DNA of 64,000 nucleotides from Candidatus Endomicrobiellum meruensis (GCA_031282625.1 JAITDI010000009.1:988-64987), one strand, 5' to 3'; positions 50,244 to 59,361 are shown, counted from the stretch's first letter. Notes: generated by a model from the sequence alone, not told the origin. Numbers and translations: made by a program.

Positions 50244-50352
50244 AAGTATTAATAATGTACCTACATTATGAAACATTAGTTTAAGCGTTTATATAAAAAT
50301 ATTTTGCAGTATCTGTTTTAAATAAAAAAAGGCAAGGAAAAAATTATATTAT

Positions 50353-53300
50353 ATGAAGAAGTTAATGAGACTGGCAGTGATAGCAAGTATGATAATGTGG
50401 CAAATAGGAGAAGTACACGGGCAAGTGAAATTGGCGACAGGGTCAAGAGCAAGCATTAATAGGCATGAAAGTGGAGTAAATGGCAATATAAGGAATACAT
50501 CAGTAATAGATATAGAAGTTCCAGATAGGAATGGAATATCGTACAACAAGTTTGACGAATTTAATGTAACTGGCGAAGATTTAATATTTAACAATTCCCA
50601 AAAGGCGCTAATAATAATAAATGAAGTTATGAGCGAGATAGGATGGTCGAGTTTAACAGGGATGGTGAAAGTAATAGGGAAAAAAGCAGCGTTGATAATA
50701 GCAAATCCATGGGGAGTAAGCGTAAACGGTGTGGAGTTTATAAATACCGATAAGTTGTTGCTTGTGGCAGGGAGAATTAATTCTAGTACAAGTAATGAAA
50801 GGTTTGAAGTAGGAGAAGAAGGAAAAATAGAGATAGTGGAAAAAGGGTTAAAACATAAAGGTGTGCTAGAAGCAATAGCCAAGTATATGAAGATAAGCGG
50901 GGAAGTAATAGCTGACACAATAGAAATAGTAACAGGGAAAGGAACATACGAACATAAGTCAGACGGAAACATAGAGCAAGTTTCCGATATGTTGAAGCAA
51001 ACAGAGGAGCAAGGCAGCCCAAAAACTAGATGTGTTTTAAGCAGTCAGTTACAAACAATAATTGATGAAGTATTAAGCAAAAGGAAAAGCTCCAATTGGT
51101 TCAATGGAAAAGAAGATGGTGCGGTAGAAATAGGGAAAGAAGCAAATATTTACAGTAACCAACTAAAAATAATAGCTAATGAAGTATTAAACAAAGGAAA
51201 TATTATAATTTTCAACTTTACAAGAATAATATGTAAATCGTTAAACAATTATGAGAATGGAATTATAACGACAAATGAAGGAGAAATGATTATAGATGTA
51301 GAAGGAAATATTAATAATGTAGTAGGATCAATAATTAGTACGGAAGGCGATGGCGATTTAAGGATAAAAGCAAACGAAATAAGGAATGGAATGGCGTCTA
51401 AGGTAAAATCCAGTAGAGGGATGTATATAGAAGCAGAAAAGCTTTTTAATCTTGGAGAACCAGAAGGTGACACGCATTATAGCGAGTACGAAGGAAGCGG
51501 ACAAGTGCTTAGTTCCCAAGTAAAAATAGTGCCGCATGGGAAAGAGAATGTGAAGGTAACAAGTATAACAAATGCGTCGGAGATACTAAGTCAGGGAGAA
51601 ATGAGCATTAATGTAAAAGACATAGAAAATAGAAGTAGCCAAATAAGCAGTAGAGGAAAATTGAACATAACAGGAAATACGATAAGGAATGAAAGGCTAG
51701 AATTTAACGTTAACAGACTATATAAAGTGAATTTAGGCGGTAAAATTACAGACATAAGAAGAGAAGAAAAATATTATACTAACATGCCGTCTATAATATC
51801 AGGAGAAAGTGTAGAAATAAGGAGTGAAGATATTATTTTGCAGGATCCGCAAAGACAACATTTAGAAACAGATCCATACAAGATGGTAAGCAGAATAGTT
51901 GCGGCAAATGATTTATATGTAAGAGGAAAAAGGATTGAAAATAGAGGTCTTTTATTATCTGAGAATAATAAGATAGATATATTATTTAGTGAAGATTTAC
52001 TAAATAAAGGAGGAGTAATAGGATCAGCGCAAGGAGGAGTAGTAGAATCAAAGACTAGGATAACAAATGAGGCGATACAAAACACTTTTAAATATGAGAT
52101 AAATACACCCACGCATCTGGTAGTAGGATTAAGTGGAAATGAACGCTCTGTATATAATGCTCTTTTGCAAGCCGTGGAAAGCTCGGTAGATAGTGCAAAA
52201 GATATAGCGCTTCAAAAACGTTATAGGGAGCTTATAGAAGCGTTTCGTTATAGATATGAATTTCAAGATCCTATAATTCCAGCGGCAATAGGGGTAGTAA
52301 GGACTAGCAACGCATTGCCAGCAGCGGGAACAGAAGATAAAGGAGTGCTGATGATAGAAGCTCCGATAATAGAGAATATAGCGTCATATTTTTTAGGGCA
52401 GGGCGGAGTGTTATCAATAGTAGCGGAGAAATTAACAATAGCGTCAATAGAGGTAAAGAGAAAAATAGAGTCAGGAGTCAAAGGCGGCAGTAGTTATTTT
52501 TTAGAGGAAAGCAAGCAACATGTAGGAATAGATGCAGGGATATATAGTGATGGATTAGAATTTGAAGTTGACGATTTGGAAATGAAATCAGGAGCAGTAA
52601 TAGTAAAAGGAGATGTAAAAGGTAAAGTCAAGCGTATAAATGTAGATGCAGTAGAAGAAGAGTATATAAGAGAAGAAGAAAAGCGAAGTGAAAAGAGAGG
52701 CGATCTTTTTAAAGAGGGCAAAAAGACATATGAGCATAGTTGTGATAGTGCAACTCGGCAACTTAGAACAAAGATAGAAGTTGGAGGGGACTTAGAAATA
52801 AACGCTCAAGAAGAAGTGAACATAGTAGGTGGCGATATAGAAGCGCAGAACATAATAATACATTCAGGAGGAGTTGTAAATATAGAAGGGACACAAGAAA
52901 ACCAAGAACATTCTGAGGAAAAACATGAAGAGAAAATAAGTGGACTAAAATTTGGCAAAGGATTAAGTTTAGAGCAAAAACGTACTGTAGCAGACCATAA
53001 TGAAAAGCAGGGACAAAGTTATGTCAAAAAAACGCAGTTAAACGCAAAAGGAAAATTAGAGATAGTTGCTCCAGAAGTGATGCTTGAAGGCGTAGACGCA
53101 AATGCAGATAAAATTAACATAAAATCTGACATTTTGAAGATGAACCCAATGTTAGAACGACAGTTAAGCGTAATATTAGGTAAAGAAGAAGAACAAACAA
53201 TAATATTTAAAATAGAAAATGCATTAACAGGTACGATAGATGCAGTGAAAGGAAATGAAGAAACGCTGAAAGCGATAGATAAGGCAAATAATGAGTTACA

Positions 53301-55731
53301 TGAAATAGATAAATTACATAAAGAAGGAAAAGCCAGCGATAGGGCGTTACGCGATGCCGAAACTAATTTAGCGATATTGATAGCCAATGAAGTCACAATG
53401 GTGCTCAAAGTAGTAAAAGAAGTAGCGACACTAGCGGCATCAATAGGAGTATTAGGTTTTTATATATCAGCAGAAGTAGAAACAAAAGTAGAAGAAATTG
53501 TAAAAGGAAGTAGCGCATATAAGTTTGTATTGAATAAGCTAAATGCAAGGGAAATAAAAATAAATGTAATAAATGGAATCCTAAAAGGAAGTACAACAGA
53601 CAGTACACAAGAAACGGTAATAAATGTAGAAAAAGATTTAGTATTAGAATCAGTGCAAGATAAAGAAGAAGGATATACAAAAAGTAATTCTTACAGCGGA
53701 GGAATAGGATATAGCGTTACATCCGTTGGAGGAAGCGTCGGTATTTCAGGGGAATATGGACACTCGTATAGTGAAAGTAATAAGGAATCTACGCAGAGTT
53801 CATATATAAAGTCAACTGGAAAATTAGTAGTAAGAGTTGGCGGGACTACAAGATTGAAAGGTTCAACGATAAGTTCAGAATCAGGGGAGACAGATATTGA
53901 AACAAAAAGTTTGATTTATGAAGACATAGAAAATAGCGAGAATGCGATAGAAGACGGGAAAAGTGTATCGGTTGGACTTGGAAAAAATGTGTTGGATGGA
54001 ACGGTTTCAATAGGATATAAAGATAAGGAACATATAAAAGAGGCAGTAACAAGAGCAACAATAGGAAAAGGAAAATTAACGGTTTTAGATGGAAGCGGAG
54101 AAGGAATAAACCGGGAAGAAGATAAAACAGAAGAGAATAAAAAAGATGAGGTGTTAAAAGCAGGCGACTGTGTTTTAACATTAGATACAAGGTTGTTTAG
54201 CGCAAAAGGAAGAGAAGAAATAAAGGATCAAGTAAAGAATATTGGAAATAATTTGGAAAATATAGGGAGGGGAGTACTAGGTAAAGGACAAGAGACAGGG
54301 GAAATAATATCAAAAATATATAAATCAATACTAGGAAGTTCAAAAGATGGTAAAAATATAGCCAGCAGGATAGCTGGAGCAAATGATATGTACGAAGTAG
54401 TGATGAAAAATGAGAAGATTAGTCAAATAGAAAAAGAAAGGATATTAGAAAGTGAAGAGATAGAGAAGTTAGCAATAGCGACGAGTAATTTAGAAAAAGT
54501 AGAAGAGTATATAAGAAGGAACAAAATAGGTGAAGAAATAGCAAGAAAGTTAAGAGCAGTAGCAGTAGTTGAAGGATCGTTTGTACATGTAGAAGAAGAT
54601 GGAAAGATATATATGTCTAAATTTGGAAGTAGAGATAGTTATGAGAATGGAGTATTACATTTATCAATAGAAAGAGTATCTTATGAAGAGATGACGAGTA
54701 AAGAATATCTTGCTAATATAAAATTGTCGGATACAGATGAAGTGTACATATCTAAGATAAAGAAAGCTAAAGCCTCAATTGTGGATATGTTGTTAGAGAC
54801 AAGATTTTACGGGAAGTTGAAATTAGATTTAGATGAAGTAGGACGAGACACAGCTAGCTTATTGATGGACATAACCAAAGGATTGCATAATAAAGAAGTA
54901 TATAAAGAGGCGTTTGAAGGGATAAGAAAACTTCCGCAGGCAGGCGAAGAGGCATTGTCCCTTCTGACCGCGTTAAGTAATCCAAAGGTGTTAAGGAGTG
55001 TAGTAAAGAAAGGGTATGATACGGTAAAGAAAGATCCGAAAGAAGCAGGATTATTTATATTGTCAACATTGACAAGTTATGACATATACAAGATGGGGAT
55101 AAGTAGTGAGAACCAAATATATGGAGCGGGGCTAATATTTGTAGGATTAGTATTGGATGGAGGGACGAAGGTATTAAAGACGGCAAAGGATGCCAAAGAA
55201 GCGGTAGAAGCTGTAAAAGAAGTGGCGAAAGAGGCGAAGAAGATAGGGAAAGAAGCAAGAATAGTGTATGCTACATCGGAAGGGACGAGAGTAGTTGCTT
55301 CGGAAAAAGCGGTAGATAAGTTGATACGGCATGTAGAAAAAGGTAAGACGACGGGCGAGCGTCTTAGCTTTCACGAGGTTCCATTTGCCAACTTGGAAAT
55401 ATGCAAAACGTTTTATCCAAAGAGCGTAAATAAAAAATTGGCGGAAGAAACTTACAAAGACCCACCTTACAAGCCAGGTACGAGAGTTTTTGAAGCTGTT
55501 GTAAAGAAGGAAACAACACTTGTTAGAGTTTATCCAAAAGAGGGTGATCCAAAGGGGCAGTTTCTTACCTTAGAAAGTGAAATTAAAGGATTAACACCGA
55601 GAGAAATTCAGGAAAGATTTGCGCTGCTATACGAACCAGAATTGAAGGCGAAATTGGTTTTAAAGCCGAATGAAAAGATAAGATTTGGAGTAGTAAACGA
55701 GAATTATGGTCGAAAAGGCGGAGGGTTGTAG
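50353..55731 (+). CDS. TpsA/CdiA-like filamentous haemagglutinin-family exoprotein with C-terminal polymorphic toxin domain
   Basis: Signal peptide, then a TPS secretion domain (NGISYNKFDEFNV..LIFNN..IINEV..SSLTG..KV.GKKAALIIANPWGVSVNG.EFIN). A long beta-helical repeat body follows (e.g. GKLNITGNTIRNE) and ends near ATIGKGKLTV..GINREED. The C-terminal ~110 aa resemble the TNT/NADase pattern. The gene ends with TAG at 55729-55731. Confidence 0.85.
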   Translation: MKKLMRLAVIASMIMWQIGEVHGQVKLATGSRASINRHESGVNGNIRNTSVIDIEVPDRNGISYNKFDEFNVTGEDLIFNNSQKALIIINEVMSEIGWSSLTGMVKVIGKKAALIIANPWGVSVNGVEFINTDKLLLVAGRINSSTSNERFEVGEEGKIEIVEKGLKHKGVLEAIAKYMKISGEVIADTIEIVTGKGTYEHKSDGNIEQVSDMLKQTEEQGSPKTRCVLSSQLQTIIDEVLSKRKSSNWFNGKEDGAVEIGKEANIYSNQLKIIANEVLNKGNIIIFNFTRIICKSLNNYENGIITTNEGEMIIDVEGNINNVVGSIISTEGDGDLRIKANEIRNGMASKVKSSRGMYIEAEKLFNLGEPEGDTHYSEYEGSGQVLSSQVKIVPHGKENVKVTSITNASEILSQGEMSINVKDIENRSSQISSRGKLNITGNTIRNERLEFNVNRLYKVNLGGKITDIRREEKYYTNMPSIISGESVEIRSEDIILQDPQRQHLETDPYKMVSRIVAANDLYVRGKRIENRGLLLSENNKIDILFSEDLLNKGGVIGSAQGGVVESKTRITNEAIQNTFKYEINTPTHLVVGLSGNERSVYNALLQAVESSVDSAKDIALQKRYRELIEAFRYRYEFQDPIIPAAIGVVRTSNALPAAGTEDKGVLMIEAPIIENIASYFLGQGGVLSIVAEKLTIASIEVKRKIESGVKGGSSYFLEESKQHVGIDAGIYSDGLEFEVDDLEMKSGAVIVKGDVKGKVKRINVDAVEEEYIREEEKRSEKRGDLFKEGKKTYEHSCDSATRQLRTKIEVGGDLEINAQEEVNIVGGDIEAQNIIIHSGGVVNIEGTQENQEHSEEKHEEKISGLKFGKGLSLEQKRTVADHNEKQGQSYVKKTQLNAKGKLEIVAPEVMLEGVDANADKINIKSDILKMNPMLERQLSVILGKEEEQTIIFKIENALTGTIDAVKGNEETLKAIDKANNELHEIDKLHKEGKASDRALRDAETNLAILIANEVTMVLKVVKEVATLAASIGVLGFYISAEVETKVEEIVKGSSAYKFVLNKLNAREIKINVINGILKGSTTDSTQETVINVEKDLVLESVQDKEEGYTKSNSYSGGIGYSVTSVGGSVGISGEYGHSYSESNKESTQSSYIKSTGKLVVRVGGTTRLKGSTISSESGETDIETKSLIYEDIENSENAIEDGKSVSVGLGKNVLDGTVSIGYKDKEHIKEAVTRATIGKGKLTVLDGSGEGINREEDKTEENKKDEVLKAGDCVLTLDTRLFSAKGREEIKDQVKNIGNNLENIGRGVLGKGQETGEIISKIYKSILGSSKDGKNIASRIAGANDMYEVVMKNEKISQIEKERILESEEIEKLAIATSNLEKVEEYIRRNKIGEEIARKLRAVAVVEGSFVHVEEDGKIYMSKFGSRDSYENGVLHLSIERVSYEEMTSKEYLANIKLSDTDEVYISKIKKAKASIVDMLLETRFYGKLKLDLDEVGRDTASLLMDITKGLHNKEVYKEAFEGIRKLPQAGEEALSLLTALSNPKVLRSVVKKGYDTVKKDPKEAGLFILSTLTSYDIYKMGISSENQIYGAGLIFVGLVLDGGTKVLKTAKDAKEAVEAVKEVAKEAKKIGKEARIVYATSEGTRVVASEKAVDKLIRHVEKGKTTGERLSFHEVPFANLEICKTFYPKSVNKKLAEETYKDPPYKPGTRVFEAVVKKETTLVRVYPKEGDPKGQFLTLESEIKGLTPREIQERFALLYEPELKAKLVLKPNEKIRFGVVNENYGRKGGGL

Positions 55732-55790
55732 TTTGATTTGATGGGATCACAACTGAATCCAGATAGATTTATTCCAATTGGAGAATTACA

Positions 55791-56795
55791 ATGAAAGGAT
55801 TAGAACGAGTTTATGGGATAGATATTGTTGTTGACGGTAAGGACATTAGTGGTAAAACTGCAGGGTTTGATTATCCTGTCGGTGGCGTAGAAGTAAGCAA
55901 AGATAGAATTTTTGTACGTCTCGAAGTTCGTGATTTTGTCAAATTTGGAAAGAAGATAATTTTTTATGATGATCCAATAGAAAAAATTATCATCGAGGAC
56001 GATGAGAAACCAGAATATAGAGATAAAAGTAGAGATATTGAAGGAGACGATTTAAACAGAGTGTATTGTTATGATTACGAAGGAAACATGCTTTGGCAGA
56101 TGCAAGCACCGGGATTTGAAAACTTGTCAGATACTAAGCAATATCCAATAATTGAGATGGAGTATGATAGAAAAAAGAATAAATTGTTTGTAACAGATAT
56201 TATGGGTCAGAAGTTTGAAGTAAATGTAGAAACAGGTGAACCCACAAAACTTGCTGACGAAAGAATTTCTTATCGAAATGGTAGATTTACAATGAAAGGG
56301 GTAGAGGGTTTTAACAGGGAAGAGCTTATTATCAGCGGTAAAAAAATAAAGTTTGATTACTTCATTGGAAGGCTGGAAATATGTGAGACTAAGATCTTTG
56401 TATGTCTTAATGTTGGTGATATTGTTAAATTTGGAAAACAGTGTATTTTTTTTCGTGGAAAACTAAAAAAAATTCTCATCAATAATGAAACAAAACCGGA
56501 ATGTAGAGACACAAACAAAGATATTAAAGGAGATGATTTACATAGAGTTTATTGTTATGACTACGAGGGGAATTTAGTTTGGCAGATGAAATCGCCGATT
56601 CATCTTCTTCCGAAGCGTGAAAAATCTAGGAAGAATGGTCCTACGCGTGGGGAATTATTTTTTGAGGAATGTCAAATAGAATGGATAAAGTACGATAGAA
56701 AAAAGAAGAAATTTTTTGCGATAGACTCCATATCGCGATACTTTGACATAAACCTAGAGACAGGCGAGCCAATGAGTTTTGAAGCTATTAGGTAA
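55791..56795 (+). CDS. tandem-fused double immunity-like protein (two homologous ~165-aa units)
   Basis: The ATG overlaps the would-be toxin stop (caATGA). Unit 1 is residues 1-167 and unit 2 starts at the internal MKGVEGF (nt 56292). Both carry GDDL.RVYCYDYEGN..WQM and YDRKK.K.F motifs. Confidence 0.75.
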   Translation: MKGLERVYGIDIVVDGKDISGKTAGFDYPVGGVEVSKDRIFVRLEVRDFVKFGKKIIFYDDPIEKIIIEDDEKPEYRDKSRDIEGDDLNRVYCYDYEGNMLWQMQAPGFENLSDTKQYPIIEMEYDRKKNKLFVTDIMGQKFEVNVETGEPTKLADERISYRNGRFTMKGVEGFNREELIISGKKIKFDYFIGRLEICETKIFVCLNVGDIVKFGKQCIFFRGKLKKILINNETKPECRDTNKDIKGDDLHRVYCYDYEGNLVWQMKSPIHLLPKREKSRKNGPTRGELFFEECQIEWIKYDRKKKKFFAIDSISRYFDINLETGEPMSFEAIR

Positions 56796-56834
56796 TAAAA
56801 ATGTAGCAAGGAAGTTAAGAGGTGGAGGAGTAAA

Positions 56835-57707
56835 ATGAATTTAAAAGTTCTTTGTTCATTGTTAAATAAATTTGGATTAAAGTATCACTATAAAAATAAC
56901 ATATTAGAAGAATACAATGATGGATATGATGATTATTATATTATTAAGAAAGTTGGCAATAAGTGGGTGCATATTTCATATGAGCAAGAGATGCAAAGTA
57001 GTCCATATCCTTGGATTTTGAATACGTTTAATACCGAATCAGATGCAGCAAAGTACTTTTTCATAGAAATTATTGATACAAAGGTAACGGTGGATTTATT
57101 ACCTCCAGAAAAGAAGAAAAATGTGGGAATAGATATTTATGAAGATGAATTTAATGAAGATAAGTTTCGCAAAGGTATGGATATAAAAGGGGGCTCGCAA
57201 TCTAAAGTTTCTACCGACGATAAGCCTGTCATTGGAAGAACGATTAGGGTATTAAAAGAAGGAGATAAGTATAGTATTTGTTATGTTGCAAAAAATAATA
57301 GTGTAATAGGAAGACGAATGTTATTGAATTCAAAAGACATTTTATTTGTAATGTACAAGTATGTGTTTACGTTGGATTTTTTTGAAAAGAATGTGATGCC
57401 AAAGCTTAAAGAAGAAGGTGTTGACAATGAATTTAGCGAAGAAAATATATATGCATTTGTAACGGGAGATATGGATGAAATAGGAATAGATATATTTGAG
57501 AGCAGAAGAAGAGGAAAATATCTTCTTATAGATGATAATGAAGCAAAGCCAGTAGGCTTTGAGGTAGGAGTACGCGCGTATTGTAAACATAATGAAAATA
57601 TAAATGCTGCATATGTTGCTTGGATGAGGGATAGTGTTGAGATACGTAAAAAATTGATTATAGTTTTAGATTTTGTAGGTGACTTAAGAAAATATCTAAT
57701 GAATTAA
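56835..57707 (+). CDS. hypothetical protein inside the toxin/immunity array (possible unrelated immunity protein)
   Basis: 290-aa ORF behind RBS ggtggaggag. No similarity by eye to the flanking immunity units, and no signal peptide. Confidence 0.6.
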   Translation: MNLKVLCSLLNKFGLKYHYKNNILEEYNDGYDDYYIIKKVGNKWVHISYEQEMQSSPYPWILNTFNTESDAAKYFFIEIIDTKVTVDLLPPEKKKNVGIDIYEDEFNEDKFRKGMDIKGGSQSKVSTDDKPVIGRTIRVLKEGDKYSICYVAKNNSVIGRRMLLNSKDILFVMYKYVFTLDFFEKNVMPKLKEEGVDNEFSEENIYAFVTGDMDEIGIDIFESRRRGKYLLIDDNEAKPVGFEVGVRAYCKHNENINAAYVAWMRDSVEIRKKLIIVLDFVGDLRKYLMN

Positions 57708-57734
57708 ATGTTTTGTTATTCCCATTAATAGACC

Positions 57735-58085
57735 CTAAAAACATTAAAATTGATGTCCTATTATTAGAGGACTATCCAAAGGTAAAGATATTTGACCCTG
57801 TCTATAAAAAAAATAGAGATGAGATGAAAATGCAAGTTTTTAATGTGACAATTTTTGACGTTAGAGAGTGAGATTGAAGGATTAACGCCGAAAGAAATTC
57901 AGGAAAGATTTGCGTTGCCATACGAACCAGAGTTGAAATCAAAATTAGTTTTAAACCCGGGAGAAAGAATAAGATTTGGAGTAGTAAATGAAAATTATGG
58001 TAGTAAAGGCGGAGGGTTACAGTTTGATTTAATTGGTGTAGAGGTAGAAATTAATAGATTTAAAGAAATAGGAGAATTGAAATGA
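57735..58085 (+). pseudogene. orphan toxin C-terminal fragment (5-prime truncated and frameshifted)
   Basis: 57855-58085 encodes LTLESEIEGLTPKEIQERFALPYEPELKSKLVLNPGERIRFGVVNENYGSKGGGLQFDLIGVEVEINRFKEIGELK, closely matching the end of the 1792-aa protein. A TGA precedes QFLT in that frame. Weaker similarity continues upstream in another frame (KIFDPVYKKNRDEMKMQVFNV versus RVFEAVVKKETTLVRVY). Confidence 0.75.
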
Positions 58086-58564
58086 AAGGAATAGAACGCG
58101 TTTATAAAGAAAACCTTATTATTAGTGGTAAAAGAGCTAGCAGTAGGATAGGAGGATTTTATTATCGAGTTGGGAAAATAGAGGTAAGTGAAAGCAAGAT
58201 ATTTGTATGTCTTGATGTGAGGGATTATGTTAAATTCGGAAAACGGTGGATATCATACGATTATCCAATAAAAAAGATCCTTATTAACGATGATAGAAAA
58301 CCAGAATATAGAGACACAAGTAGAGATGTAAAAGGAGATGATTTAAATAGGGTGTATTGTTACGATTATGATGGTAATATGTTATGGCAAATGAAACCGG
58401 CAGAGTTTAAAGAAATTCCAAAGTTTAAGCAATATCCAATAATAGGAATGGAATATGATAGAAAAAAGAAGGAATTGTTTGTAAGAGATAATAAGGGACA
58501 AGAATATGAGTTAGATTTAGATACAGGCAGTGCAATTAGTGTTAGAGTAGTAAAAAGGAAATAA
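58082..58564 (+). CDS. immunity-like protein, type a
   Basis: ATGA overlap with the orphan toxin end. It is homologous to unit 1 of 55791..56795 (KQYPIIGMEYDRKKKELF versus KQYPIIEMEYDRKKNKLF). Confidence 0.75.
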   Translation: MKGIERVYKENLIISGKRASSRIGGFYYRVGKIEVSESKIFVCLDVRDYVKFGKRWISYDYPIKKILINDDRKPEYRDTSRDVKGDDLNRVYCYDYDGNMLWQMKPAEFKEIPKFKQYPIIGMEYDRKKKELFVRDNKGQEYELDLDTGSAISVRVVKRK

Positions 58565-58599
58565 AGTATTTGAGGAATTGAAAAAAATGGGAGTTTGAG

Positions 58600-59112
58600 A
58601 TGAAAGGGATAGAAACTGTTGATAGAGAAAGAATTGTTATTAATGGTAAAGAAATAAAATTTGATTATCCTGTTGGAAGAATAGAGGTAAGTGAAAGTAA
58701 AATATTTGTATGTCTTGATGTTTATGATTTTATCAAGTTTGGTGATGTGAAAATTTTTTTAATTAGTCGGATAGAAAAATTCATTGTTAATGATAACAGA
58801 AAAGCAGAATATAGAGACACAAGCAGAGATGTTGAAGGAGATGACTTGAATAGGGTTTATTGTTATGATTATGAAGGGAAATTAGTTTGGCAAATGCAAT
58901 CACCAGTTCATCTTCTTCCAAAACGTAAAGATTTTTCAAAATTTGACCGAGAGCATATAATAGGTGAAATATATTTTAGGCAATATCCAATACTGAGTAT
59001 GGAATATGATAGAAAAAAGAAGAAATTGTTTGCAGTGGATTGGGCAGGGCGATACTTTGACATAAATCTTGAAACAGGTGAACCAATGAGCTTTGAGATT
59101 AAAAAAATTTAG
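58600..59112 (+). CDS. immunity-like protein, type b
   Basis: Homologous to unit 2 of 55791..56795 (SPVHLLPKRK.. and RYFDINLETGEPMSFE are shared). Confidence 0.75.
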   Translation: MKGIETVDRERIVINGKEIKFDYPVGRIEVSESKIFVCLDVYDFIKFGDVKIFLISRIEKFIVNDNRKAEYRDTSRDVEGDDLNRVYCYDYEGKLVWQMQSPVHLLPKRKDFSKFDREHIIGEIYFRQYPILSMEYDRKKKKLFAVDWAGRYFDINLETGEPMSFEIKKI

Positions 59113-59361
59113 AACTTAATAACATCTTTATTTTCTTTGGCAATCAAAATACCTTCTGACCGCACAGAAAGGTTCTGAAATTTAATGTCATGTTAAGTGA
59201 TCCTTGTACAAATGCATTGAAAGTAATTTCCATATACCAAATAAATTCAACGTTTACAGGTTAGAAAGTATGTTGACGGTAAAATAGTTCGAATAGTTGC
59301 TTTTTTGCAGAGTATATTGTTTAATAATCGCCTGAAAAGAAATAAGTAAAAATGAGATCAA

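Noticed and set aside
50349-55374. About a dozen minus-strand ORFs (for example 50349..50972, 53019..53408, 53405..53680 and 53846..54190) antisense to the giant exoprotein gene
   Set aside because: They are Leu/Phe/Ser/Pro-rich low-complexity translations of the complement of a very purine-rich (GAA/AAG/GGA) coding strand. They lie entirely within a gene that has strong domain evidence and they lack RBSs.
55729-55731. Genetic-code reassignment of TAG as an explanation for the in-frame TAG in the toxin gene
   Set aside because: TAG is used as an ordinary stop by other well-supported genes in the window, namely the methyltransferase ending at 5922 and the helicase ending at 14627. Their protein ends look complete.
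59113-59361. Purine riboswitch upstream of the purine permease, or glycine riboswitch upstream of the lpd-gcvT genes
   Set aside because: I could not find the conserved purine-riboswitch core (..uauaau.cg.ggauauggc..) or the glycine-riboswitch GGAGAG...ACCGAAGGGGCAA elements by eye. The only feature is a short hairpin, ccttctg-accgca-cagaaagg, that probably terminates the immunity array.
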